Source: Octopus sinensis
Lineage: Eukaryota
Assembly (NCBI RefSeq): GCF_006345805.1
Contig: NC_043024.1
Coordinates: 14,012,001 to 14,076,000, forward strand
Length of the DNA stretch: 64,000 nt
Reading direction: 5' to 3'
Shown here in pieces: positions 1 to 16,009 of the stretch. How positions within the stretch are numbered: position 1 is the first letter of the stretch; each line of letters opens with the position of its first letter. Made by a program: the position numbers and the translations under genes. Under the pieces are notes generated by a model. The model searched no databases and was not told the DNA's origin. It worked only from the letters and a program-made list of their open reading frames with translations.

Positions 1-1996
1 GTTTTCTATTGTCTAAATGAAATACTAAGGGAGTCAGTATTTAACATTTAAAGACAGAAATTTTGGTTAGCTTTTCGATCATTAGATAAACTAAATACAA
101 TAGGCTTGGCATAAGAATTTCATGTATTTTAAATTCTAGAGAGGAAACATACTATGTGACTGAGATCTTCAGAAATCCAGAACTTACCCAACCAGCAAAC
201 TGATCCTTTTCAGGAGAGATGGTCTTCATAAATTTAATATGTAGCAGTATAGTGAAACCCGAAAAAAGCAGCTAAAACTGGAGACAACCGCAATCAATTA
301 CTAGGGATCGGGAGAGAAGGGGCTCATTGCCAGCGCCCTATGTTCTATATGGATTAGAAGGATTAAGAAGAATTAAGTGTAGGATTCATGCGTCATATTT
401 CCAACATGAGAAAGTGCCGAACTGAAAGAGGGAACGTAAATGTTGAATGGCAGTTGCAAACCTTAAATTTGTGAATGATTTCAAGAAAGATTTAACTACC
501 AGAACTGATGGATTGAAAATAACATCACAGTATATTCAATAAAAAAACAAAACAAACATGTTCCTTCCTATTTCCATCGCCGCTGTTGAATATAGTTTTA
601 TCTAAAGTAGCTCTGAATATATTGGACGAGAAAGAAAGAGGTGAAGCAGGATTGATGACAAAACTGAGTGATGACAAAACTTAGCAAATATCTTGCTGGA
701 AATTAATTGTCTGAATTGCAAAACGATAATCCGTCCGTATTAAACTGATACAAATATTGTTGATATGCGGTATAATCGGCTTTAAGCAAAAACCAATTCA
801 AGGCCGACATCTATCAGCATTCCCAGGTCACACCAAAGAATCATCACATGTCCCGTAAATAATTGAATTTCCCATTGTCCACTTATTGCGTCTTTAAAAT
901 CTTACCAGGAGCTCGTTATCCTTGCAGGGATACTATGGCCCTTTAACCTTCGCATCGACCAGTAATGCGAATGCTTGTACTAATTTGATTAGAATTGTTT
1001 TCATTTGGCCCGGAGGATAATATTCTTCCGTTCATTGAACTGAAAACATTTCTTGAATTGTAAAAATATTGAATTCCGAGAAAACGAAAAGCAAAGCTGA
1101 ATGCAACAAAATTTCAGCTTAAAGTAAAAGCCTGCAACTTAATAATACTATAAGATGACACAATGAGTGGATGCTTAGGCGTTCCTGGTATTAAGGGTAT
1201 TGCGAAAGCACGGTTCAGGCCTTCCCAGTTCTTTTACAGGACTTAGAAGTACTGAAAGATCACTGAAATAAGTGTGTGAATCTGAAAGGGTAATATGTTG
1301 AATAAAATCATAACTAGCTGATTGTCCTGTATGTTCCTTTACCTAAATCCAGGGGCTTTTCAGCACCCCCGCCCCCACCCCGTATTTCAGTCCATTTAAA
1401 GGTTTGTCCAATCCCTTTTCTGAAAGCATAGTGAAACCCGGAAAAAGCAGCTGAAATTGTTTGTCCCCTTTATGTTTAGCCCCTTGTGGGCAGTAAAGAA
1501 ATATAATACACCCAAGCAATGTTCTCCTGTTATATTATGTCGCAAGGTTTCGTGTCAGTCCACCATTGCCAGTTGGAAATCGTTTGAGTGCGGAAATACT
1601 TCTGATAGGTAGAACAGAAATCAACAGTTCTTAGGAACAGCTCATCAGCGAAGTGGTAGCAAACTTGCTAGAAATAGGGAGCTAAATCCCATCAAATAGC
1701 ATTTAACCCTCTTAATCGCAGTGGAAATACAGGTAAATGTAAATTCAGGTAAGATTTGATGGTCATAAGTGGCAAGTCTCTGTTATAGTTGCATCGTGAT
1801 TAATTGGCTACAAAGTAAAATAGTCATTCTGGGAATATTTATGATGTTCACCTTCACCTGTCAAACCCGTCTCAGAGCCATATTTGACTCAAAATTAACC
1901 TAAGAGAAAGAAGTATTCGTTGCAGAACAATTTTGTTCTTAAGAATTTGGATCTCAAGAATACTTTCTTTATTTGATTCTGTTCTTACATTTTCAG

Positions 1997-2083
1997 ATTT
2001 ACATATTCGATATGGCCATTAGGGGAAACATCATTGCAATTTTACTTCGTGTGTCCTGCTGAGGAAAGCAGAGCTGAAGATTC
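1997..2083 (+). other. Possible 87-bp internal exon of an unidentified host gene
   Basis: Acceptor gttcttacattttcAG, donor ttc|GTAAAT, length a multiple of 3, one open frame (FTYSIWPLGETSLQFYFVCPAEESRAED). No recognisable homology. Confidence 0.25.
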
Positions 2084-2600
2084 GTAAATGTTCACCACAG
2101 GGAAGATTTAAACAGTTAAGAAGCATAAAGCATGTATAATTCGGCGATATCAGAAAAAGATTTTAGATACAGCGGGAGACCACCGAGAGCAGTTATAATA
2201 ATTGATGTCATATGTGGAATCTAGACTGAATATTAATTGTCAAAACATCGGACATATAATCAAATGCACCAGCAATGATGGAATCCTTTTTAGCTAGTGG
2301 CTACCCAGCAGACTCGATATTTATATTGTTAAACCCCTCAGCGACACTGAATTCAACTGCGTCTAACCTGAATTGAGATGATCAGTAATATCACACATAA
2401 ATTCCCTTAACACTACATTACAATACTATAAATATTAATTACGCAATTCGCAAATAAATCTGAAGTCACATCTTATTTACAGCCGCATAATTTTCTCAAC
2501 GGGATATCTTATATACTATGGTAGCCATGCAAATTGTAATCTGTAAATAAAGTGACTCGTTCATATACATTACAGTCGTACACTAATACTACCAAGGAAT

Positions 2601-3116
2601 AAGGCGGCGAGCTGGCAGAAACGTTAGCGCGCCGGGCGAAATGCTTAGCGGTATTTCGTCTGCCGTTACGTTCTTAGTTCAAATTCCGCCGAGGTCGACT
2701 TTGCCTTTCATCATTTCGGGGTCGATAAATTAAGTAGCTGTTACGCACTGGGTTGATATAATCGACTTAGTCCCTTTGTCTTTCCTTGTTTGTCCTCTCT
2801 CTGTTTAGCCCCTTGTGGATAGTAAAGAAATAGGTATTTCGTCTGTCGTTATGTTCTGAGTTCAAATTCCACCGAGGTCGACTTTGCCTTTCATCTTTTC
2901 GGGGTCGATTAAATAAGTACCAGTTACGCACTGAGGTCGATATAATCGACTAAGACCGTGTATCTGTCCTTGTTCGTCCTCTCTATGTTTAGCCCCTTGT
3001 GGGTAGTAAAGAAATAGGCATTTCGTCTGTCGTTACGTTCTGAGTTCAAATTCCGCCGAGGTCAACTTTGCCTTTCATCGTTTCAGGATCGATAAATAAA
3101 GTACCAGTTTCGCGCT
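2601..3116 (+). mobile_element. tRNA-derived SINE family A: one head plus about 3 tandem body units
   Basis: Head aaggcggcgagctggcagaa, B-box-like gagttcaaattcc, central gccgaggtcgactttgcctttcatc. Body restarts at 2653, 2836 and 3020 (183-184 bp period). Confidence 0.85.
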
Positions 3117-3929
3117 GGATTACTATTTATAGTAAAGATTAACAGATTACTAGCTGGCCCCCGTGCCGTCAAGACTGAGGGATAATTGTAGTGTTTTATA
3201 TATAAATATGGATGGGATACATGCGTAAGTGAGTGTATGCGCACGCGTATGTGTGTGTATGTGTGTGTGTGCGTGCATGATGAACTTCCACACTGTTTCT
3301 CTCATCCTAATTCTCTCACAAAGCATTGCTTAGCACGAATCTGGACAGAGAAACACTGGGTCCAGATGCGGCGCAGTTGTACGAAACGTAAACGCTTGGT
3401 TGCAAAGCGAAATTCTTCACCACTCAGCTGAAAGTACACTGAACGTATTAGCTTGACAATTGTATATTAACGCAAAAAACATAAAACCTAAATTCTTTAT
3501 ATACAGAACTCAAAAAAATACCTCAGGTGAAATTGACCCATGACAAAATTCCGTTTCGGAAGGCAAACCTGGAACAAGTTATCGCAACACGTGTGTATGA
3601 ACATTTCCAAGATTCTACCACTCCTCAATAAGAAATATTTAAATGTCTAAGAAGACATTTTTTCCTGTTTTTCCAAAGCTATTTATCATCATATTGTATA
3701 TAGTTCTCAACAAGATGGCTAATTAAACGAACACATCGTCGGAAAGATAATAAAAGAAAAAAAACCTTATATTCTGTTTTTTTTTTCTCCTTTGTGTATT
3801 TCTTAAAATTTCATTTTCAATAACAATAACCGTCAGAAAGAATGAAAAAGCACACATCAGAGCAAAGGTTAGTGACAAGTCTAAAACGATTGAAATGAAA
3901 AATTACATATATTTTTAATTAATTAATTA

Positions 3930-5230
<1,301 letters not shown>

Positions 5231-6156
5231 AACACATGCATAATAACACATTAACACATTAAAATATATGACATAGTTAAACGTGTATATTTATCTATTC
5301 ATCATCGGCGCTATTTCGAATTCCAGACCTCTACTCCTTTCAGTGACATCTACAATTGTTCAAACTGAATTGAGATAAATTAGATCAGGTGGGGAAAAAA
5401 TATCTCATTGACGAGAGATAGCGATAAAGAATAAAGAAAAATTATGAAGAATTCTACTTGCCTATAATATTGAAAAGTCAAAGGAATTTTGACAGTTTAT
5501 ACAAAATAAATTATTATTGATATCTTTTTTCTGTATATGTTTTTTTTCGTATGAGTATGTAACGTATATATGCTCATCAACGGTTTGTAATAAGTATGAT
5601 TGACTATGCGTTCGTGTTCGCTTGTTTGTCTTTGCTTGTATGTGTTCCTGCTTGAGTGTGTCTGTTTGTTTTGTTATCATGTGAGATTATAAATATCTGC
5701 CTCTGCTCCAGCATAGCTAATGCAGTTCTCACGATCATTGCAAGAGAGTTAATGAAAATTAACACTCACTTCGTTTCTATATATGTGCTTCGTTTAAATA
5801 ACAATCAGTTGTAACTTGAACCATACCTGCAAATTCTGTGTGTAATGTTTTAGCTTTCATTAGTTCAACAGCGGCTGACTAGTTGAATGTACATTAGTAT
5901 AGCTAGATGAGTAGTTAGATAACTTGTAATTAAACCCAAAATTTTGTTCACTTACTAAATCTGACTTCTAGCATTATGGATGTGTGGCTTGATTCATATA
6001 GATGGATATATATAGCTTTAACAATGAGAAGTTGTCGACACATTCATTATTTTGATAATTAAAAGTTTCTTAAATGTAAAAACATTGCATTCCTAAGGTT
6101 GCGTTGCATGAAGAATGAGAAATAGGTATAAAATATAAGCGTTTTTGTGTAGATAG

Positions 6157-6223
<67 letters not shown>

Positions 6224-6552
6224 AAAAATAAGGAGAAAATTGAGAGCTCATTAGTAAAATTATTTATTAATTATAAAATATGACAACATTTCTGACAGAT
6301 GTTTCCATTCAGAAATCTTTAGATAATTAATTTATAAATTTAAATTCATTATAAGAAGAATCACTCCAGAGGTAGCAAAGATATACCGATTAGTATTACA
6401 TGTTGAGATAAAGGCTATAAAACCGTTAATTTATAGCATAGATATGGTTACCTTATAGTTGAATTTTCTATAGATTTGTAACTAACAATATTTTCATTGG
6501 ATTTATGATCCCTTAAGGAGGTTTATTACCTTTACTTCATTATGTATATATG

Positions 6553-6634
<82 letters not shown>

Positions 6635-6903
6635 GAAATATCTAATATAGTATAAAATCTTTCGAAAAAAATTCTATCAATGGCCAGCATATTAAAAAAT
6701 ACCTTTCAAGGTAAAATTTATAAACAATATATATCTAAGGGCAACAGAATAAATTTCTAATGCCAAAATTTGCCGAAAATGGACATAACGTCAATAATCA
6801 TGCAATTACATGTAAATTACATGGTTATTGACGTTATGTCTATTTTCGGCATATTTTGCCATTAGAATTTTTTTCTGTTCCCCTTACATATATATAGTGT
6901 ATG

Positions 6904-6935
<32 letters not shown>

Positions 6936-7084
6936 ATATATGTATGTATGTATGTATATATATATATATGCATGCATATATATATATATAAGCATGTATA
7001 TATACATATATATATATTTATATGTGTGTGTATGTGTACATATGCATACATACATACTAATACATATACCACCATTCTTTTGTT

Positions 7085-7270
7085 CTTTTGCTTCTTTGAA
7101 TCATTTCGCTGTGGCTATGCTGAAACACCATTTTTTAGTCTAGACTTCTTTGTAAGGCTGGTGCTTACTTTATCAGTCCTTGTGCCGAACCACTAAGTAA
7201 CGGGAACGTGAACACTATGACAGCGGTGGTCAATCGATAGCGGAGGGGACAAACGCAGACACAACACATA
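7085..7270 (-). mobile_element. Decayed 3' part of SINE family B
   Basis: Similar to 9850-10050 (gccgaaccactaagtaacgggaacgtgaacac...gacaaacgcagacac). Confidence 0.6.
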
Positions 7271-7275
7271 CATAA

Positions 7276-7357
<82 letters not shown>

Positions 7358-8558
7358 ACTGTACCTATGCATGCATGTATGAGGTAAATATGTAGGCATA
7401 TGTATTACATGTATGTCTCTGTGTGTGTGTGTGTGTGTTTGCGTGTTTAAAAGGAAAATATTTACGTGTAATCCACTGAGTGATATCTCCCTCAACCTAT
7501 TGAACGAGTAACATCAATTATATAAATAGACAAATAATAAATGGACAAATAATTTTAGCGCCTGTCTAAATACAGTTTTATTTAAATATGGAAATAAATA
7601 TTTACTTTGATACATAAAATTAGCTGTTATTAAATTAAGTTTTACTATAACGACTGCTTGCATATAAAATGAAGGATTCTGTTCATATACAAAAATATAA
7701 AATAAATATTGAATATCTGTTTAAATTTAATTGCTTTATGTATACATAAACATCTACATACGGGCAATGAATTGCCAGACAAGAATGATAAATAAAAGAG
7801 TATTTCTGATCGAATATTTGCGATCTCTGAATTTGAGAAGCATAAAACTCGGTGCAACGGTTAGTAGAGTATATTAAAGGATTTTCTCGTACTTGCGTTT
7901 CCAGGACAGAAATTATAATTATGATTATCTTAAATTATGATTACCGTGGGATTATATTCGAGACTGATAAATGTTCTTGTTATGAGTGCAACATCTCTCT
8001 TATTTCACACGAGTTGTCTTTGAATGAGGACAGCCATATTGTCGACTCTGAAATACAAATAGACAATATGGCGACAACTGTAATTCTCTCGAGGGAGCAT
8101 TCATTAGATAAGCACGTAACTGGGTCCGTAAAAGAAAAAAAAAATTATATTTTAAAAGTGCTCTGAACTTAATTGCAAACCACACAATTCCCAGAGAGGG
8201 ACGCTAATGAAAGATTTCGAAGGATATCAATAGAATGTGTTTTCGCCATGATCATTTACCCGTTTAATTCATGGAGATTTTGTTTCCGAAAATTATAAAG
8301 AAAATCTACGCAGAATTATACAGTGACTGTTATGCATTAAGTTTGTTATGCATGAAAGAGACAAGACCTACCTGTGTGCAAGAACTACGTAAGGAAAGGA
8401 AGTGTTGCACTTTTAACGTATTATGATTGTTATACCTTCATATTGCTAATTACGGTTCAAAGGTATGTATGCACTTTTATTCTTGTACAAAGGGATACAT
8501 GCGAGCATAAATGAGCTTGGGGAGATAGATATACGTGCATGTATGTATGAATTTCTCT

Positions 8559-8600
<42 letters not shown>

Positions 8601-8601
8601 G

Positions 8602-8654
<53 letters not shown>

Positions 8655-8661
<7 letters not shown>

Positions 8662-8990
8662 GTAAGATAATATGTGACAATTATTTAATAGCCAAGATAA
8701 AACTCTGAGTTTCGGATGCCGAAATGGAGATCCACAACACCATTTCTTCGGTTATCTGGCCATCTGAAAAACGCAATGAAAAAAGACAGTTATACAAAGG
8801 GAAATTACTGTGTTATAATTCCGCTAGATAACCGAAGAGATGGTGTTGTGGATTTCCTCTTCGGCATCCGAAACTCAGAGTTTTATCTTGGCTATTGAAT
8901 AATGGTAACTTTTTATTTTACAGATAAATTTCCTCTCTTTATATAATATTGAGGTATCTTTCTTTCTTTTGTTATCTTACCGTTTTTACC
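8655..8990. mobile_element. Fold-back element with hammerhead-like motifs in inverted arms (probably Penelope-derived)
   Basis: Inverted repeat with ~80-bp arms (8680-8760 / 8823-8903). Flanking sequence matches 32011-32390. Confidence 0.65.
8826..8888 (+). ncRNA. Variant type I hammerhead ribozyme motif (core CCGAAGA)
   Basis: Stem I AGATAA/TTATCT, core CCGAAGA (U4C), stem II GATG...CATC with an extra C, GAAA, palindromic stem III AAACTC-A-GAGTTT, GUU site at 8880-8882. Confidence 0.45.
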
Positions 8991-9019
8991 AATATATATA
9001 TATGTATAGTTAATCCAAA

Positions 9020-9200
9020 TATGAAAACACCATGAGAAAACACAAGAACGCGAGGACGTGGAACAAACATAGTATTATTAGAGGGTCAGGAAGGAAGGGA
9101 AGAAGGAGGGTTTTAAGTTTCGAGCGGAGATCTTCGTCAGAATCCAGAGAAGGGAAGACAGAGGAAAAAAAATCGCCAACGGTACACACGAGGTCACATT
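9020..9200 (-). mobile_element. Probable PLE-derived repeat fragment with decayed hammerhead motif
   Basis: Minus strand reads CTGACGA-A-GATCTCCGCTC-GAAAC (9117-9140). Stem III and the cleavage site are degenerate. Confidence 0.4.
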
Positions 9201-9251
9201 TATATATATATATATATGTTTGTATGTGTGTGTGTTTGCATGTATATATAG

Positions 9252-9362
<111 letters not shown>

Positions 9363-9832
9363 TATATACTTGCAGTAATTGATCGGGTAATTACTTTTAC
9401 GCTATCTCGGGAGCCAAATTCAGAGTGTTATTTTATATATAGTTTTATTCCTCAATATTTCAGCGTCGGAAAGTATCCTAAAACAAAGATAAAACCCAGT
9501 GACGTATATTCACATTAGATTAATATGGATTTCTGGGAGGGGCCCATGGTCGGCGTAAGAAATTATTTTTATTTAGCAACATTCCGAAGAGCCTGATTAA
9601 TATTTGTATCAAATTTGGAGGAAAACAAATGGATACTCTTCAAATTACGGGCCTTAACGTATGTTTATTTTTTATGTTTGTATGCGTATCTATATATGTG
9701 TGTATTTGTATGTATGTAGTTATGCATGTCGTTTTATAGGTGTGCGCCTTTATATGCGTGCGTTTGCAAGCTGAACGAAGTATCTAACATTCGTTAGATA
9801 CCATTTATGAACGACAAATTCCAAATAATCTA

Positions 9833-10051
9833 ACTCTCTTTACTCTTTTACTCTTTTACTTGTTTCAGTCATTTGACTGCGGCCATGCTGGAGCACCGCC
9901 TTTAGTCGTGCAAATCGACGCCGGGACTTATTCTTTGTAAGCGCAATACTTATTCTATCGGTCTCTTTTGCCGAACCGCTAAGTGAAGTGGACGTAAACA
10001 CACCAGCATCGGTTGTCAAGCAATGCTAGGCGGACAAAGACAGACACACAA

Positions 10052-10090
<39 letters not shown>

Positions 10091-10274
10091 AATATATATA
10101 TATATATACATATATACGACAGGCTTCTTTCAGTTTCCGTCTACCAAATCCACTCACAAGGCATTGGTCGGCACGGGACTATAGTAGAAGACACTTGCCC
10201 AAGATGCCACGCAGTGGGACTGAACCCGGAACTATGTGGTTTGTTAGCAAGCTACTTACCACACAGCCACTCCT
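9833..10274 (-). mobile_element. tRNA-derived SINE family B, full length, CORE-like segment
   Basis: Minus strand head aggagtggctgtgtggtaagtagcttgc...gttcagtcccactgcgtggcatcttgggcaagtgtctt, internal (CA)n/(TA)n, short-repeat (AAAAGAGT-like) tail. Same family at 16526 and 42264. Confidence 0.85.
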
Positions 10275-11099
10275 GACCTCTCTATGTATTTATTTTTCTC
10301 TTTTTTTATTTCTCTTTCCTTCTTTTCTTTTTTTTTCTTTCTCCAACCACTTGTTATTCTCTGATTTTCGTTTCGTTTTCTTTCTGTTACTTATAACCAG
10401 TAAGTTGTATAAGCATACACCAGAGGGTATTATGCGAGTGCATGTGTGTGCATGCATACGTATCTATGCATTTGTATATATTTATGCTCTGCCTATATCC
10501 GTCTGTATATGTATGTAGCCAACTACCAAGGCCAGTATGTTTACTGTACATATGTGGATATATGGTGTTTGGTAAGTGTATGTATTACTAAATGTATATG
10601 CGTTTTAGGATGATAGTTTTTTGGTAAAAGTTATTAGAGGGATATATATTTCAACTTTTTTTTAATTTATTATTGTTTGCTACCATTTATTATTTACCCT
10701 GGGTGTTTCCTTCTACGTAAACTATTTTTGATTTAAGATTTACTTCGATTCTTATATTAATGATTTTAAACCATAATTGTAATTTCATGTAACCGATTAT
10801 TGAAAATACCGCTAGTAGAAAGGACCAATGTAACTAAACCGATTTCAAATGAGTATCTCTCAAAATAATTGTATATTTATGCATAGAACCTTATTTTGTT
10901 CCATTCTAAACGAAACTGTCCGAAGAACAGGAACGTGAGACTCTGAATAACACTTTTTCTGATATCTTTGGTGTGTTTTTTTTATATAAAGCCTATTACT
11001 CTAACTCCGGTATTCGAGTACTCTTTGTTCTAACTTGTTTCACATCTATGTGCTTACTCTGGTTTGTACACACACAAACACACACATACACACGCACCA

Positions 11100-11163
<64 letters not shown>

Positions 11164-13892
11164 GGAAAAGAAGTTGATGTCTGCAAGAATATCTTCAAGA
11201 ATTCGCTGAACGTCTACAATAAAAATTTATGCAGCCATAAAAGAGCATGTGTATATTTGATTATTTAAATCCAAAGTTTCGTGAATTATTTCTCGAAACT
11301 CATACATACATACACACACACACATATATGTAAACGTACCTATGCATATACATGCGCATATGCAGAACTCTGCATGTACTTGTGTTGCTACATACAAATA
11401 GAAACGCGTCTGCATGAATACGTATCAGTGTATCAGTGTGTCCGTATCTGGGATTGTATGTATATGCGTTGGTATGGATGTGTATCTGTGCATAGAAGGA
11501 GTGTATATATACATATATATATATTTGTGTGTGTGTGTGTGTGTGTATATATAGCAACGGATGATACATTAAAATAAAACCGAATTAGCCGTCCGTAGAC
11601 AACGATTAATCTACATCAGTAGAAAAGGTCTGCGGTTATTATTCCTTAAACGTTGAATGCTGTAAATATTTCTATTGATTGATCTAACCCTTTAACATAA
11701 CTTTAAGCTATATAATCTGCAATTAGCTAACCATGATAATATTTCATTCTTGTCCGTATCCGCCGCTAAGACATGTTTATGACGGGAATCGGAACGGTGA
11801 AGATCATTACAGAGGAGCAAAGGGTGACGGACGGAAACGGGAGGTAACTGAACTATTAGCGTAAAAGTATCACTTATTTCAGACATGTTGTCATTTATTC
11901 TTGTGAATTGGCAGAAAATCGGTGAGTAAATAGCAACGTTTAGTAAACCTCATATATTACGGGTGCAATAGTTTTAATTGCAGTGTAACTAATCGCTAGT
12001 AGCTGCTTGAAGTGATCGGTAACGAGCAGGAATTTTGGCACTTATAGAAGTAGAATGGTTTTGACTATTCTGTAAGACAGAGAGTGTTGGTGGGCGGTAA
12101 AATTGACAGAGCATTGCCAAATAAAATGTCTTGTAGTATTTATTGGAGATCAGGATTTCAGAGTTCAGATTCAAAGGTTGATAAAATATATGTGAAACAC
12201 GAACTAATGCCGAATATATAAAATTATATTTCGACAGCCAGAAATTGTTGTTGTTTGAATTTTGTAGTTAAACAACTTGTCATTGTTGTCTAGCAATTGC
12301 AGAAGATCAGAAAAATATATTTCTGGTATGCAGTTTAATAATCATTGAATATTCTTGCGATCGCAAGACTGTAGTTTCAATTCCTGGATCGAGTAGTGCG
12401 CTGTGCCCCACAGCCTAACATTTCATTTTACGTTGTTGCAGTCCATTCGACTTTAATTGAGAATCAGTGTGACGGACTAGCGTTTAGTTTAGGAAGAATT
12501 GAGCCTCGTTCACTGAAACGCCATAGAAACCAAACTAAAGACACTAGGAGTCCCCGGATTTGACTCAGCAATATCTAGAGGCTGTTGTTGTTGTTGTTGT
12601 TGTTGTTGCTGTTGTTGTTAAGCAACAAGACGGGCAAATGTGATTAGGTGATGGTCTAGGGCTTAGGAGCAGGGGACCCCAGACCATGGAAAAAAAAACT
12701 TTGGTCGTCTTGTTGTAGTCGAGGGCTCTTCGTTGACGCCCGACACCACTGGGAGGTGACCCTCGAAGTCGCTGGAAATGGAGATCTCCAGCTCCAAATT
12801 CTTGAACGGCTGCTGCTGCTGCTGCTGCAGATGATGATGATGATGATGACAATTCTAGTTTCAGATGAGCTAGTGGTGTAATTTGGTCTTCAGCTTTCGA
12901 GAGAATATAAAACATGATATGGGTAATGCACGAAGGTTGAGTATAACCACTACAGCTCCGCACTAAATATGTCTAATTGTGCCAAATTTAGAGCCACTTA
13001 GTTTGTCGAGTAGAGGGCGCTGGATCACAGGATAGAAAGAACAACAAAGCTAAATACCTTTACATAATGTTCTGAATTTAAAAGGCCACAATTACGATTC
13101 ACTCCCTGTTCTTATTGTAATCTTTGAAATGAGTACCCTAAAATACTGGTTTCAAAATTTAGCACAGGCCCAGCAATTTTGGGATCAAGGTAAATCAACA
13201 GGTACTTATTCTATCGATGAAGATACGATGAATGGCAAATATAACTTCGGTGGAATTTGAACTCAGAACATAGATGCGCATTTTGCCTGATGTGATAACG
13301 ATTCTACGGAGTTCGCCGCCTTCTGAGTACCAGTAATATTATAAATGTTTTGCACGAACGTTAAGCTCTGATTTATCGTAGCCATACGATAGCATTCCTT
13401 GCGATATATGTTCCGCTTCTTATATATCCGCGCTTAATTCTCGCTGAGGTCAATCTCGCCATTGACATTTCGAGTGTCTCTCAATAAAGCAAAAATCAAG
13501 CACTTGGATTCATTGTTCTTATTTCAATGCCTCTCTAAAACCTTTCTTTATCTCTCTGTCTATCTGTATCTCTATGGCTATTTGTCTTCGAATCGCCAAT
13601 GTTGCATTGTTTGGAGAGTCAGAGGTGAACACTTGCATTGACCATCCTTCCGGAAATTCACTCAATTCTACCGAAAAACTAAATGTCTTCTCAAAGACAA
13701 TAAGACAATATGATACAAGAACTGTCCAAGCAGAGATCACTGCAAACTCAGAACGGAAAGGAAATTAAGAAATATTTAAGTAAGATATCATGTTTAGCAA
13801 AATAAATATTTCGTTCGCAGTCAAGAATTTTATTGCAGAACATTTCCGCTCCAACCACAGGCCGTTTGATTCAACAATATTTTAGAAAGAAT

Positions 13893-14432
13893 AAGGCGGC
13901 GAGCTGGCAGAAACGTTAGCACGCCGGGCGAAATGCTTAGCGGTATTTCGTCTGGCGCTCAAGTTCTGAGTTCAAATTCTGCCGAGGTCGACTTTGCCAG
14001 TCATTCTTTTGGGGTCGATAAATTAAGTACCAGTTACGCACTGTGATCGACGTAATCGACTTAATCCGTCTGTCTGTCCTTGTTTGTCTCCTCTGTGTTT
14101 AGCCCCTTGTGGGTAGTAAAGAAATAGATATTTCGTCTGTCGCTACGTTCTGAGTTCGAATTCCGCCGAGGTCGACTTTGCCTTTCGTCTCTACTATTTA
14201 AAGGTGGCGAGCTGGCAGAAACGTTAGCACGTCAGTCGAAATGTGTAGCCGCATTTCGTCTGCCATTACGTCCATAAATTAAGTACCTGTTACGCACTGG
14301 GGTCGATATAATCGACTTAATCCGTCTGTCTGTCCTTGTTTGTCCCATCTGTGTTTAGCCCCTTGTGGGTAGTAGAGAAATAGGCATTTCGTCTGGCTGT
14401 ACGTTCAGAGTTCAAATTCCGCCGAGGTCGAC
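13893..14432 (+). mobile_element. Two adjacent SINE family A copies with tandem bodies
   Basis: Heads at 13893 and 14201; body restarts after aaagaaatag. Confidence 0.85.
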
Positions 14433-15356
14433 TAGGATCTATTTGTTCGACTAATTAGCTAAAGGTTGCAATACAATGATTGCAAGAAATAGTAACAGAT
14501 TAATATACATATATAGTACGATTATAGCAGTAAATAATTTAAATGGCGGAGAAAGAGTAATGCAGATTCAAGGAAAGATAAATCTTGAAAGAAACAAAAT
14601 ACAGGCACAAACGGAACATAGAAAACGGGTGAGAATGAAAGACAAAGGAGAACGGACAAAATAGAGAAAATGAACAACAAGGAATCAAAATGGAGGAGAA
14701 TTTGAGAGCTTGGAAGCGAGTGCAAGAGAAATGGAATAATGCGTGTGTGTGAATGATAGGAATGTCAGAAATATATAATTTTTACAAGTTTTTTCCATGA
14801 AATCCGATCCACTTTGCATGCTCTTTATATTGCAGAAACTACAGTTCGTGTTAATAACGAGGAGATGAGAATAAAAGCCTTGGGGAGAAACGAATGGCAG
14901 CGTTAATAAACATGTTTCAATCTACGAATTCCAAGGACAGCGCAATGTATGTCTTCGTTGTAGATATTTCGAATGTTGACGAGTGTATACAGAAGTCTTT
15001 TGCGTGTATGCGCTTGTGTGTCTGTGTGTATGTGTGTGTGTCTCTGTGTCTGCGTATGTGTGTAGACGTTTATATAGAAATGATTGAATTCTGGCGAAAG
15101 ATTCCGGCACGATGCCAAGTACAATTCTATTCCACTTGTTTTCAGATACTTTTATTTGTAATTTACTTTAAGTACTTTATTAATTTCCTTTTCTTCGAGT
15201 GCGTTCCACTGAAGAATTCCAGCTTGGTGTCGGCTGTTCTTTACGTTTTGTTGGCAATGGACCAAGATTCTGCGGGTTCAACTCCAGGACAGATTGTTGT
15301 TCTTAAGTTATGTTAGTCTAACAGCCAGAGTTCATTTCTTTTGATAATGACTTAGT

Positions 15357-15360
15357 AACA

Positions 15361-15452
<92 letters not shown>

Positions 15453-15453
15453 T

Positions 15454-15484
<31 letters not shown>

Positions 15485-15610
15485 TTATCATTATTATTAT
15501 TATTGTTGTTCTTGTTGTTATTATTATCATCATCATCATCTTCATTTTTATTATTATTATTAGTATTATTATTTTTATTATTATCAATATCATTATTATT
15601 ATTATTATTA

Positions 15611-15650
<40 letters not shown>

Positions 15651-15712
15651 TACTATTATTACTATTACTATCATTATTATTATTATTGTTGTTGTTATTA
15701 TCATCATCATCA

Positions 15713-15747
<35 letters not shown>

Positions 15748-15752
15748 GTTGT
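15357..15752. repeat. Compound (ATT)n/(ATC)n trinucleotide array
   Basis: Directly visible. Confidence 0.95.
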
Positions 15753-16009
15753 TTTGTTATGTTCTGGCTTTACTTTAATTTATATCTCTACCAGAGACAT
15801 AAAGAAACAAGGTTTTGCACCTGAAGATCCTAACAGGTGAGACGCAGTGCAATCGACAGACACCAAGGTATGTGGGAGAAAAAAGAACGAAGACTAAGAA
15901 CAAGATTTAGGTAGCATTTTCATAAAAAGGAATTTACGTACACGTTAGACATCCATAAGTATAATCGATCGTAAACTGCTTAGTTTGGTTTGCCAAGAAT
16001 TAGGTATAA

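Noticed and set aside
900-1045. Minus-strand exon candidate (tgttttcAG ... ctg|GTAAGA)
   Set aside because: All three frames contain stops between these sites.
2601-2700. SINE heads as functional tRNA genes
   Set aside because: They have A/B-box-like motifs but no complete cloverleaf and continue directly into SINE bodies.
15200-15306. Cys-rich frame VRSTEEFQLGVGCSLRFVGNGPRFCGFNSRTDCCS*
   Set aside because: Only an atypical GAG acceptor, no start codon or signal peptide, no recognised family, and not in phase with the other exon candidates.
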